Shown here: piece by piece, positions 49,669 through 58,864 of the stretch
Layout of the letters: each line of letters opens with the position of its first letter
Numbering within the stretch: position 1 is the first letter of the stretch
From: Bacteroidia bacterium
Lineage (GTDB): Bacteria > Bacteroidota > Bacteroidia > SpSt-205
DNA: 64,000 nucleotides
Reading direction: 5' to 3'
Assembly: GCA_039630325.1 (NCBI GenBank)
Contig: JBCNVG010000029.1
Coordinates: 17,094 to 81,093 of the forward strand
The notes under the pieces: model-generated
The model's input: the letters and a program-made list of their open reading frames with translations, nothing else
Databases searched by the model: none
What the model was told of the DNA's origin: nothing
Position numbers and translations under genes: made by a program

Positions 49669-50401
49669 GTGGGTGTGGATTCCGCGTCTCCCTTGTGTAC
49701 CTCTACGGGCCGAGCCCAGCCATCGTAGTGAACAGGTTTCCGAACTCCTCTGGGGCGAGCCCCAGCAAATCCTTGACACGCACAAAAGTTGGGTGCAGGT
49801 TCGCGGCCGCATAGATGGATATATCGGCTGGGTGGAAGCAGGTAGCCTACAGTATGCACTTTATGACAATTCTGGCTGGGCTATTGTAAAGGTGCGTCGC
49901 ACAGGCCTTCTACATGAAGGGCAGCGATGGGGATGGGTAACTTTTGGAGCTCTATTTCCTCGGTCGGGATGCTGGTATACCGCGATGGGGCGATATACTG
50001 TCAGGCTGGCTGCCTTGGCGCCCTGGGAGCGGCGTCCTTTATCTTTGCTGTACAGAATATTTGCAGGGACTCCGTATAAGTGGGGAGGAAAGTCTCCATT
50101 CGGAATAGACTGTTCGGGGCTGACTCAACTAATTTACAGATGGGCAGGCTGGCTTATTCCTCGCGACGCTTATCAGCAGGCCGAAGCGGCCCTTCCGATA
50201 GAGGTACCTAAAAAGGGTGATTTGGTCTTCTTTACTTCACGCGAGGCAGAGCGCATCTCGCATGTCGGGGTATACGCAGGTCATGGACGAGTCCTACATG
50301 CCACCCCCGCACAGGGGGTACATATTAGTTCTCTTCAGGTGCTTTTCATGCACACTTTCCACAGCTTTCGCACACTTTTGACGCAGGATTTCGTTATTTA
50401 G
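49643..50401 (+). CDS. SH3-like plus NlpC/P60 (C40) cell-wall peptidase
   Basis: C-terminal half has …YKWGGKSPFGIDCSGLTQLIY… (catalytic Cys) and …HVGVYAG… (His). Confidence 0.7.
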   Translation: MQLTMLDGEWVWIPRLPCVPLRAEPSHRSEQVSELLWGEPQQILDTHKSWVQVRGRIDGYIGWVEAGSLQYALYDNSGWAIVKVRRTGLLHEGQRWGWVTFGALFPRSGCWYTAMGRYTVRLAALAPWERRPLSLLYRIFAGTPYKWGGKSPFGIDCSGLTQLIYRWAGWLIPRDAYQQAEAALPIEVPKKGDLVFFTSREAERISHVGVYAGHGRVLHATPAQGVHISSLQVLFMHTFHSFRTLLTQDFVI

Positions 50402-50416
50402 CCTAAAAGAAAGGGC

Positions 50417-50920
50417 GTGGCGGTCCTCGTGCTTAACTACGACTATCAGCCTATTCACATCACTACTTGGCGCCGAGCGATCGTCCTTGTGTTGAAGCAA
50501 AAAGCGGAAATTATAGAGGCCCGCCCTGACCGCTGCTTACGCACGGTTCGAGCTGAATATGCTTACCCCAGCATCATACGGCTAATGCGCTATGTGCCTG
50601 TGCCCCATAAACATATTCCCCTCACGCGTCAGAATATCTTTCGGCGAGATGGATATCGCTGTGCTTACTGCGGAACTTCCCACCACCTGACGATTGATCA
50701 CGTTATCCCTCGGAGTCAAGGTGGAGAAAGTACATGGGAGAATCTGGTTACCGCCTGTGAGCCTTGCAATCGACGCAAGGGTAATCGAACCCCTCAACAA
50801 GCGGGAATGCCTCTGCTTATTCGTCCACGCAGGCCTCATCACCTCCTTTTCTGGCTGCGGGGGGCCGAGGAGATAGATACCTCCTGGCGACCTTATTTGA
50901 TGTTGGAAGTACGACCATGA
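50417..50920 (+). CDS. HNH endonuclease-family protein, 167 aa
   Basis: CAYCG…HHLTIDHVIPRSQGG…WENLVTACEPCNRRKGN is a complete HNH/zinc-finger motif. Stop overlaps the next start (ATGA). Confidence 0.8.
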   Translation: MAVLVLNYDYQPIHITTWRRAIVLVLKQKAEIIEARPDRCLRTVRAEYAYPSIIRLMRYVPVPHKHIPLTRQNIFRRDGYRCAYCGTSHHLTIDHVIPRSQGGESTWENLVTACEPCNRRKGNRTPQQAGMPLLIRPRRPHHLLFWLRGAEEIDTSWRPYLMLEVRP

Positions 50921-51996
50921 AAGGGCCCTCGGGGCGCTTCGTCCCCCAGTGGCTGTACTACAATGGTCGCTTATGGCGATATCCAACTATTGAGCTGCAT
51001 GAGGGGAAGGTCATCTCTTTTTCTCCAGAGGGGGATCCAGCAGCTCAGAGGGTATACGGCCTTCTCTCCCCTTGCTGGGTCAATGTGCATACCCACCTCG
51101 AGCTGTCTCATCTGCGCGGCGCGATTCCGAGGGGGATAGGCATGATAGACTTTTTGGCTCGCATGGGTCCGGCTCGTGGACAAGCCTCAGCGGCTGATAT
51201 CTATGCTGCCCTGACAGAGGCCATGCGAGAGGGTACCTGTGCATTCGTCTCTCATCAGAACGTTCCTCTCCCTCTTAGCGCTATACCCGAAGGAGTCGTT
51301 GTCCAACCTTTGGGCGAATTTTTCGGGCTGCGAAAAGGCGGTATTCGCCGCTGGCGGGCCGCTAAGCGATTGGGGTATCCTCTTACGCCCCATAGCTTTT
51401 ATGCGCTCAGTCGGACCTTGGCGCATCGAGGACGACGCTATGCCGACTTTCCCCTTAGTCTACACTTCTACGAGAGCTGGGAAGAGCGACTATGGTTAGA
51501 GGCTAAAAGAGGACCTTTCCTAAGCTTTTTTCGGCAATTTGTTCGGAGACCTTTGCGACTGCGTTGGCAGAGCTACCTTAGGCAATATCACCGTCGAGCC
51601 CCCGCTATATGGTTAGTTCATGTGGGTGAAGTACCCCTATCCCTTATGGAAGGGCTTCTGCAGCGGTTTGCGCGCCTGTATGTAGTGTTGTGTCCCGAAG
51701 CGAACTATTACCTCTTTCGGCGCCTGCCCCCTCTACACTTTTGGTGCCGATATGCTGATCGGGTCATGTTAGGTACAGATAGTTTAGCCAATACCCCCTC
51801 TCTCTCTTTGTGGCCTACGGTGCAGCGTTTATGGGCGGCTGGATGGACTTGGGAGGCTATTCTAAAAGCCTGTGTGGATACCCCTCGTCAATGGGTCACT
51901 ACTCCTCCTTTTTGGACCTTGGTTACGCCTTTGGGTGCTCAAGGGGAAATCCTTCCAGAGACTTATTCTCGACTATTTGAGCCTCTGTCCGAGTGA
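50917..51996 (+). CDS. Amidohydrolase-superfamily protein (short; metal-binding HxH and Asp motifs present)
   Basis: …LLSPCWVNVHTHLELSHLRG… (HxH), …LVHVGE…, …VMLGTDSLA… (catalytic Asp) resemble amidohydrolase/deaminase TIM barrels. At 359 aa it is shorter than typical family members. Confidence 0.45.
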   Translation: MKGPSGRFVPQWLYYNGRLWRYPTIELHEGKVISFSPEGDPAAQRVYGLLSPCWVNVHTHLELSHLRGAIPRGIGMIDFLARMGPARGQASAADIYAALTEAMREGTCAFVSHQNVPLPLSAIPEGVVVQPLGEFFGLRKGGIRRWRAAKRLGYPLTPHSFYALSRTLAHRGRRYADFPLSLHFYESWEERLWLEAKRGPFLSFFRQFVRRPLRLRWQSYLRQYHRRAPAIWLVHVGEVPLSLMEGLLQRFARLYVVLCPEANYYLFRRLPPLHFWCRYADRVMLGTDSLANTPSLSLWPTVQRLWAAGWTWEAILKACVDTPRQWVTTPPFWTLVTPLGAQGEILPETYSRLFEPLSE

Positions 51997-52018
51997 ACTC
52001 GGAAAATAGGATAGCCCT

Positions 52019-54124
52019 TTACGCTGTGAAGAGTTCTAAACTGTGCTTCTGGGCATAAGCGGTGAGATATTCTCGGAGTACGGGATATAAGGCTAAGGAG
52101 GGATCTTGAGCCACGAGGTCCTCAGCGGCTTGGCGAGCCTGACGAAGGATGGTTTGGTCTTGGATGATATCAGCCACTTTGAATTCGGGTAGGCCGCTCT
52201 GCTTCGTGCCTAAAAAGTCTCCGGGCCCGCGCAGTTGGAGGTCTATTTCGGCAATCCGAAATCCGTCGCTGTACTGGGCCAGGGCGCGCAGCCGTTCCAT
52301 GGCGGTCTCGGAGAGGTCATTAGGGGCCATAAAAATGGCATATGACGCATGCTCGCCTCGTCCCACGCGCCCCCGAAGCTGGTGAAGCTGAGAAAGGCCA
52401 AATCGATCGGCATGTTCCACAATCAGCACCGTAGCGTTGGGCACATCCACGCCTACTTCCACGACGGTAGTACCGACCAGGATGCGAGTTTGACCCGACT
52501 TAAAGAGCTGCATTTCTCGCTCTTTTCTCTCACTATTCATTCGGCCGTGGATGATCCCCACAGCGTATTCTGGAAACTCTCGACGAACTGTTTCATATCC
52601 CTCTTCCACGGCTTTGAGGTCTACTTTTTCAGACTCTTCTACGAGGGGGTAAATGATATAAGCTTGCCGTCCTTTTTGAAGCTCGGCTCGGAGGAGGCTC
52701 CACACTTCTCGGCGATGAGCTTCCGTGCGAATCAGCGTCTTAACGGGCTTGCGTCCAGGCGGAAGCTCGTCAATCACCGATACATCGACGTCTCCATACA
52801 CCGATAGGGCTAAGGTTCGGGGTATCGGTGTCGCGGTAAGGAGTAGGTTATGGGGGCGATAAGGATGGGCTTTTTCCCAAAGGGCTGCTCGCTGTTTGAC
52901 GCCAAACTTGTGCTGCTCATCGATGATAGTGAGGCCTAATCGGTGGTACTGAACATTTTTCTGGAAGAGAGCATGAGTCCCGATTATGCAAGCTAATTCA
53001 CCGCTGGCCAGCTTATCTAAGATTCGGCGTTTCTGACCCGGCGGGGTGCTACCTAAGAGCAGCCCTACACCAACTCCCAGAGGCGCAAGCCACTTTCGAA
53101 AGCTGCGAGCGTGCTGCTCGGCTAAGACCTCTGTCGGGGCCATAAGGGCCACTTGGTATCCATTCCCGATGGATATGAGCGAGGCAAATAGCGCCACGAT
53201 GGTTTTACCGCTTCCTACATCGCCTTGGATCAGCCTGTTCATAGGTGTGCTAAGCGCCATGTCCCGCCGAATCTCTTTGATGACTCGCTTTTGCGCTTCG
53301 GTAAGGGGGAAGGGCAAATACTTTTCATAAAACTCATTGACCAAAGGGCCTACTTGGGTAAAGGCAGGAGCCGTGTATTGGGACTTGAGGAAGTATTTCC
53401 GACGAATGAGAAGGACTTGCAAGAGAAAGAACTCCTGAAACTTGAAGCGGTACATCGCTCTCTCAGCCTCTTCGATGGAAGTGGGAAGGTGTAAGGCATG
53501 AAGGGCTTCAGAGAGGGGGAGAAGATTATACTTGTCCCGAATGCTTTCAGGTATAGGGTCGTCTTGTTTGAACTGCGTGAGGCGATATAGCTCCTCAAAA
53601 AGCATGTGAAATCGCTTGTTGTCTAATCCTACTTGACGAAGTTTCTCTGTGAGCGGATAAACTGGATAAACTCGTAAGAAATGCTCGGGCGCCTTCCCTG
53701 CCGTGAGGGGAATAATGTCTGGGTGCGCCATTTGTAGAATGCGCTTTTTGTAGGTAGGGCGGCCGATAGCCAGGACCTCCTGCCCGGGGAGCAGTTTTTG
53801 GCGGAGCCACTCCCATCCCTGATACCAAACTAATTCCATCCACGCCTGGCCGTCGTATAAAGTGCTGGTGAGAATGGCGCGTTTGCCCCCCCCCACTGCC
53901 TTTATCTGGAGAGGACCTAACTTTCCTCGGAATACGGCTTCTTGATCTGGGCGGGCTTGCGCGATGGGAGTGATTTGGGCATAGTCTAAGTAGCGGCGAG
54001 GAAAATAATATAAAAGGTCCTCAAACGTGTACAGTCCCAGGTCAGATCGAAGGACCTCAGCACGCCGAGGACCTACGCCTTTCAAGTAAGCCAGACTACT
54101 TTTCCATACTTCTGTCTGGGTCAT
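52019..54124 (-). CDS. recG: ATP-dependent DNA helicase RecG
   Basis: Wedge/OB N-terminal domain, DEAD-box motifs (GDVGSGKT, DEQH, …SAT…), RecG-typical length of 701 aa. Confidence 0.9.
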   Translation of the reverse strand: MTQTEVWKSSLAYLKGVGPRRAEVLRSDLGLYTFEDLLYYFPRRYLDYAQITPIAQARPDQEAVFRGKLGPLQIKAVGGGKRAILTSTLYDGQAWMELVWYQGWEWLRQKLLPGQEVLAIGRPTYKKRILQMAHPDIIPLTAGKAPEHFLRVYPVYPLTEKLRQVGLDNKRFHMLFEELYRLTQFKQDDPIPESIRDKYNLLPLSEALHALHLPTSIEEAERAMYRFKFQEFFLLQVLLIRRKYFLKSQYTAPAFTQVGPLVNEFYEKYLPFPLTEAQKRVIKEIRRDMALSTPMNRLIQGDVGSGKTIVALFASLISIGNGYQVALMAPTEVLAEQHARSFRKWLAPLGVGVGLLLGSTPPGQKRRILDKLASGELACIIGTHALFQKNVQYHRLGLTIIDEQHKFGVKQRAALWEKAHPYRPHNLLLTATPIPRTLALSVYGDVDVSVIDELPPGRKPVKTLIRTEAHRREVWSLLRAELQKGRQAYIIYPLVEESEKVDLKAVEEGYETVRREFPEYAVGIIHGRMNSERKEREMQLFKSGQTRILVGTTVVEVGVDVPNATVLIVEHADRFGLSQLHQLRGRVGRGEHASYAIFMAPNDLSETAMERLRALAQYSDGFRIAEIDLQLRGPGDFLGTKQSGLPEFKVADIIQDQTILRQARQAAEDLVAQDPSLALYPVLREYLTAYAQKHSLELFTA

Positions 54125-54126
54125 TC

Positions 54127-57100
54127 TTAGTGCTTCAGCAAACGAGCCCTAACCTCTCCCACCGATGGAGACACTGCCACCAGCGTATAAAATCCTGCTG
54201 AAACTCCCTGTAAAGACAATTGGTACAAGCCTCCTTGAGAAAAGGTCCACTCTCGCACCAGTCGTCCTGTGGCTTCGTACAGATAAAGGCGCCAGTGGCC
54301 TTCTGGAAGGTTCAAATAAAGAGCATCATGGGCAGGATTAGGATAGAGTCCAATAGGAGAGTGGGCATTGTAGAGGGCTGTGGGCGTTTGCGGTTCAGTC
54401 CGAAGGACAGTAATAGAACGGCTAAGGCTGTCTCGGCAGTTGAAATTAATAGCTACGAGCGTGACGGTATAAGTGCCAGGTTGAGTATAAGCATACGAAG
54501 GGGAAATACTCGTGCTAGTATCTCCTGTACCGAATCGCCAGATGTACTGGGTGGCACCAACGGAGGTATTAGTGAAGTATACGGTGCCACCGCCTGCATT
54601 GAGGTCTACTGGATTGGGAGCGGCGGTGAAGTTCGCTTGGAGGCCTAATGTAGCGCAGTTCCAGTGGACTTCTATTTCCTGAACGGCGGTATCACTACAC
54701 AGGCCATTGCTTACGGCGAGGACGATCGGGAATCGACCAGCTCGGGTGTAGGTATGGGTGGGATTAGCTGTGCCGCTAACGGGGGCCGATCCATCGCCAA
54801 AATTCCACCATCGCTGAGTCGGTACAGGGGTGCTCTGGTCTGTAAAAGTAACGGGCTGTCCTACCTGCGCAGTAGCTGGTGCCGAAAACTGGGCATTTAT
54901 AGGAGAGCCTAAAGTTATTGTCACGCTATCAGCAGCCGTACATCCTGCGGAGTTTTGAGCGATTACTTTGTAGGTGCCAGAAGTTGTAGCATTGAGCTGG
55001 CATCCTGTACTCGGGAGAGGATTATTATTCAAAAACCACTGACAGGTTGCTGCTTGAGGACCTGCATCCAGAGTGACAGAGGGGGCGCACAGAGCCTGGT
55101 CAGGACCGAGGTTCACGCTAAATCTGCTATAGCTTACCCGAATGCTATCTATACCAGTGCAGCCCGATGAGTTACTTACCAGCACGGTATAAAGGCCATC
55201 TTGCGTCGCCAAGATAGTTTGGGTAGTAGCTATGGCTACACCATTGAGAGTCCAGAGATACTGATTGCCAGGAAAGCCTGCGTCTAATAGAGGAGGAGAG
55301 GCTCCTGCGCACAGAGTCAGGTCAGGGCCGAGGTTTACAGGGATACTGGGAAGCACTTGGAGATTGAAAGTATCTCGTCCGTTACACCCACCAGGATAAG
55401 ACACCTCTACGACATACTGCCCTGCTGTACTGGCAGGATGAGAGGTGGTATTAGTAGCTATGATGTTGCCATTATAGTACCAGGTAATGGTCGCGCCGGG
55501 AAAGGTATTGATAGAGAGGGTTACGGGAGGGTCATTTTGGCAGCGGAAAGTATCGGGAGGTAGGGCAGGCTGAGGAGTGCTTACGACATAGACGAGGAGG
55601 CTATCCCAAGGGGAGGTTCCGCAGCAATTAGTAGAGACGCGGAGCTTCACCCAGTAGGCGCCAGGGGCGGAAAATGTCACAGGAGGGGGATTTTGCGCTA
55701 AGGACGAAGCGGGTGTGCCCCCAGGGAAGATCCATTCATAGCCATCAGCGGCCACAGGTGTGGAGAATGAGATGGGTGTACCTATGCAGGTAGTTAGATT
55801 AGAGGCTTGAATCTGAGGTATAGGGGTTCGACGAGTGATAAGAATGAAATCGGCGTAGGAATAAGGCAGACCATCGACCAGAAGGGTCGGGGTTTTGGCT
55901 CCATCGGATGGATAGAGTACGCTACCTGAGGAGGAGGTAAGGGCGACTGGGTCACCTCCTGTATTCCAGACGAAGTAAGAGCCTGAGGCACTGGTAGAGA
56001 GGGAGACAGGCTGATAAGTACACGAGGTTACATTATCCACGAGTATGGGCGGTTCAAGAGGATTGTACCCATTCTGGACAATAACGGGATAGACTCCTGG
56101 GGCGGGGTGCTCATAGAGGGTATAAGCTACGCCTGGCGAGCCATTTCCACCACGTCCACCATTGCCGCCGCGTCCGCCATTGCCGCCGCGTCCGCCAGCG
56201 CCGCCTTCGCAGCCAGCTGCATTGCCGCCATTGAGCAATCGATCGTTTCCTGGGGCTCCGCCGAGACCGCCCGCTCCGCCGAGGCCGCCCGCTCCGCCAA
56301 GTCCAGCGGCCCCCGGCCCCCCAGTGGAGAGCCGACAATCTTTGATTAGACCGTTTGGTCCATTAGCCCAGATGAAAATGGCGAAGCTACCTCCCCCTGC
56401 CGTCCCGCGCGTGCCTTTGGTACCGCGCTGTCCGCCTTCGCCCCCTCCGCCTCCGCCGCCTCCTGGACTATTCCAGTCGTAGGTGACTCCATTGAAGCCA
56501 GGGATACAACCGACGCTTCCCCCCCCGCCTCCGCCGCCACCGCCACTCCCATCTGTCCCATCTGTCCCGTCCGTCCCGTCCTGCGGTACGAAATACCCCC
56601 CTGTGAACTGAGCTATCCCATCCTGTCCATTTTGCCCGTCTTGTCCATCGGCACCAGGTTGGCCGTCTGTACCCGTATGATCAGGTTGGCTGAAATGCGT
56701 AGGGCAGTTATTGAAAAAGTTGATAATGTCGGTGGCATTGAGCCCATTTGAGCAGTAGCAGAGGCCAGGCTTGCCTATGCCGCCTGCTCCGCCCCCAGGT
56801 CCATTTCCAGAGGTGCCATTTTGCCCTCCTGGGGCTGAGATTACGCTTGGGTCACAAAGACTACAAAACAAGCAGTTCGTGCCAGTGCCGCGGGCTCCCC
56901 CATTGCCCCCGGCTCCTCCCGCTCGCGCTCCTCCTGACCAGCTACTCCCGCCTGCTCCGCCGAGGTTGGTATAAGGAGGAGTCGTCGGATCACATCGTCG
57001 GCAGCCTAAACCGCCTGGTTGACCAGGAGCGCCGGCTGCCCCATTCACACCCGGCGTGCCATTAAGGCCATCTCCCCCCTTTCCTGCATGGACCTTACAC

Positions 57101-57579
57101 CGAGCTATGGTATAATCCCGACAGCCATTTAGATATATGCCATAAGTAGAGATACCAGGCCCTGGGGCATCAGCCACTTCTATCTCCAAATCTTGTAATC
57201 GGAACCCGCGTCGACCCACCGCTACAATAGCCGTCAAGCGAGGTGGCGCTGGCTCAATCCCCACCGCGCTCCGTACCAGTTTCGTAATCGCTGTATTTGA
57301 CTTCTTCCAGCCCTGGGCTGGGAGGTAGCCCCCTTCAATAATCACGCTGTCTATGGGCAAAACAATCGGAGCAGTCAAAGTGTAGGTTCCAGCGGCTAAC
57401 CGCAAATACCGCGCCGAGGGCGATATGAGAGATAAGCCATAAGTAAGATTGGCCGGATTGGCGCGGGTGCCAGCAGTACCGCTGCTGGCACCAGAGGGAG
57501 AGACATAGATGATACCGCATTCCTGAGCCGATGCTATTACTACATACAAGCCCAGAGCAAGCCATCGAGATAACGCCAT
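54127..57579 (-). CDS. Giant secreted T9SS cargo protein: N-terminal beta-helix-like region, collagen-like Gly-rich tracts, multiple PKD/Ig-like domains, type-A C-terminal sorting domain. 1150 aa.
   Basis: Signal peptide. GGxGGxGG tracts. Repeated Ig-like modules of about 90 aa with conserved Cys/Trp spacing. C-terminus …LYPNPAHDALYLNL…YTLVAV…RLLKH matches the T9SS CTD. Confidence 0.75.
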   Translation of the reverse strand: MALSRWLALGLYVVIASAQECGIIYVSPSGASSGTAGTRANPANLTYGLSLISPSARYLRLAAGTYTLTAPIVLPIDSVIIEGGYLPAQGWKKSNTAITKLVRSAVGIEPAPPRLTAIVAVGRRGFRLQDLEIEVADAPGPGISTYGIYLNGCRDYTIARCKVHAGKGGDGLNGTPGVNGAAGAPGQPGGLGCRRCDPTTPPYTNLGGAGGSSWSGGARAGGAGGNGGARGTGTNCLFCSLCDPSVISAPGGQNGTSGNGPGGGAGGIGKPGLCYCSNGLNATDIINFFNNCPTHFSQPDHTGTDGQPGADGQDGQNGQDGIAQFTGGYFVPQDGTDGTDGTDGSGGGGGGGGGSVGCIPGFNGVTYDWNSPGGGGGGGGEGGQRGTKGTRGTAGGGSFAIFIWANGPNGLIKDCRLSTGGPGAAGLGGAGGLGGAGGLGGAPGNDRLLNGGNAAGCEGGAGGRGGNGGRGGNGGRGGNGSPGVAYTLYEHPAPGVYPVIVQNGYNPLEPPILVDNVTSCTYQPVSLSTSASGSYFVWNTGGDPVALTSSSGSVLYPSDGAKTPTLLVDGLPYSYADFILITRRTPIPQIQASNLTTCIGTPISFSTPVAADGYEWIFPGGTPASSLAQNPPPVTFSAPGAYWVKLRVSTNCCGTSPWDSLLVYVVSTPQPALPPDTFRCQNDPPVTLSINTFPGATITWYYNGNIIATNTTSHPASTAGQYVVEVSYPGGCNGRDTFNLQVLPSIPVNLGPDLTLCAGASPPLLDAGFPGNQYLWTLNGVAIATTQTILATQDGLYTVLVSNSSGCTGIDSIRVSYSRFSVNLGPDQALCAPSVTLDAGPQAATCQWFLNNNPLPSTGCQLNATTSGTYKVIAQNSAGCTAADSVTITLGSPINAQFSAPATAQVGQPVTFTDQSTPVPTQRWWNFGDGSAPVSGTANPTHTYTRAGRFPIVLAVSNGLCSDTAVQEIEVHWNCATLGLQANFTAAPNPVDLNAGGGTVYFTNTSVGATQYIWRFGTGDTSTSISPSYAYTQPGTYTVTLVAINFNCRDSLSRSITVLRTEPQTPTALYNAHSPIGLYPNPAHDALYLNLPEGHWRLYLYEATGRLVREWTFSQGGLYQLSLQGVSAGFYTLVAVSPSVGEVRARLLKH
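56151..56313 (-). repeat. In-frame 18-bp tandem repeats in the Gly-codon region of the giant gene. Three copies encode GGNGGR and three encode (LGGAGG)-like units. A 9-bp (DGT)n repeat lies near 56548..56585.
   Basis: Direct reading: 56151-56168, 56169-56186 and 56187-56204 form one set. 56260-56277, 56278-56295 and 56296-56313 form the other. ccatctgtc/ccgtccgtc 9-mers occur at about 56548-56585. Confidence 0.8.
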
Positions 57580-57673
57580 GTTGGCAAATATAGGGATTTC
57601 ATATGTCCAGCTCTGGCCTACTTCCCTGGTAGACGAGGTTTAATCGGGATAAAAATTGTTTCTTTGCTGCGAT

Positions 57674-58534
57674 ATGAAACGGATAAGCACACTCGGTTTA
57701 GCAGCGCTTTCATTTGCGCTCATTATCGTAGGATGTAAGAAGAAAGACGACGACCATAGCCATGGCGATGGAGGTGGTAGCCCTATTCAAATGCGCTGGG
57801 TTAGCTTAGGTCATGGGCATGACGCTCAGGATAGGTATCATGTGGATTTAGAGGCTGAGCTTCCCGTAGGACAGGATACCCTTACGGAGGGGTATTATCG
57901 GTTTAGAGCGAAAATAATGCGAAATGGTAGTCTGTATGGAGGGAGTGATGTGAGGTTTTTGCCCATGATGTACATGACTGATCACAGTCACTCCTGCCCA
58001 ACTGAGCAGCCTATGGGTCCGAGCCAAGATGGCTATTACTATGGGGCGGCCTTCTTCATGATGCCAACGATGATGGGTCAGCCCTGGAAGATGCATGTAA
58101 AAATAGGTGCAACAGATAGTGTATCCTTTACCATTCAAGTCAATCCCCATCCTCGAGGCTGGGTGAGACGAGGTCGTCAGTTCGGTAATCCGAATAATCC
58201 GCGTTACCTGTACGAAATGAAACTTCCACGGGCGGGGGTCGGTGCTCAGGACGTCAGCTTCTATGTGTATAAGAGAGATATGGCCCAGCCAGCCACGGAT
58301 CCAGCAGCCTTCCCAGCGGCTACGAACATTACTCAGATAGATTTAGAAACGTGGATGCCCAGCATGAGTCATGGAGGCGGTCCTGGTACGCGAAGTGCCA
58401 TGCCTGTGCAAGGGAAACCCGGACGACTTGATGGAAAGGTAGACTTCAACATGAGTGGGGATTGGTGGGTGATTGCCACCTTCAAGGAGGGGAATAATGT
58501 GATTGGGAAAGATACGTTTGCGCTCGAATTCTAA
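57674..58534 (+). CDS. His/Met-rich lipoprotein, paralog A (ORF track starts 57656; likely start MKRIS…)
   Basis: Lipobox (LIIVGCKK). Conserved HxH…HSCP and Met-rich segments (MMYMTDHSHSCP…FFMMPTMMGQPWKMHV). About 45% identical to the next ORF. Confidence 0.5.
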   Translation: MKRISTLGLAALSFALIIVGCKKKDDDHSHGDGGGSPIQMRWVSLGHGHDAQDRYHVDLEAELPVGQDTLTEGYYRFRAKIMRNGSLYGGSDVRFLPMMYMTDHSHSCPTEQPMGPSQDGYYYGAAFFMMPTMMGQPWKMHVKIGATDSVSFTIQVNPHPRGWVRRGRQFGNPNNPRYLYEMKLPRAGVGAQDVSFYVYKRDMAQPATDPAAFPAATNITQIDLETWMPSMSHGGGPGTRSAMPVQGKPGRLDGKVDFNMSGDWWVIATFKEGNNVIGKDTFALEF

Positions 58535-58555
58535 GCATTAGATTTCTTAGACCTT

Positions 58556-58592
58556 GGAGCAGTCACCTCTGAGTGACTGCTCCCATTTTTTT
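58556..58592 (+). terminator. Strong rho-independent terminator between the two lipoprotein paralogs
   Basis: Perfect 11-bp stem GGAGCAGTCAC/GTGACTGCTCC, 6-nt loop, then caTTTTTTT. Confidence 0.7.
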
Positions 58593-58864
58593 ATGCTTCT
58601 ACGCTTCGTGGTTCGCAACTACAATCTCTCTTGGAAAAAATTTGAGCAAATAAATCTTTGCATACAGCTTTTCCACAAATGAATGTTTGAGGAGGCTAAC
58701 AGTGTCACTGGCTACCAACTCAGCTTTTAGAGCTTAGTCAATAGAGATAATGGCGTTTTGAAGTGTTTCTCTTACTCAGGTATAGAGGATGTAAGTTCAG
58801 CTATAGCACAGAGGCTGGAATGAGAAAGGCACATTTCTGAAAATTTTCTGTTATTTGTCGAACT

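Noticed and set aside
50417-50920. Interpreting the HNH gene as part of a restriction-modification or homing system
   Set aside because: No methyltransferase, specificity subunit, intein or intron context is present. It is kept only as a generic HNH nuclease in the findings.
56100-57070. Plus-strand ORFs encoding Pro/Arg/Ala-rich peptides (for example 56162..56482 with PPRPPLPPRPP, and 56771..56974)
   Set aside because: They are antisense reading-frame artefacts of the Gly-codon (GGN) repeats in the minus-strand giant T9SS gene. GGN on one strand reads as NCC (Pro/Ala) on the other. No independent start or context supports them.
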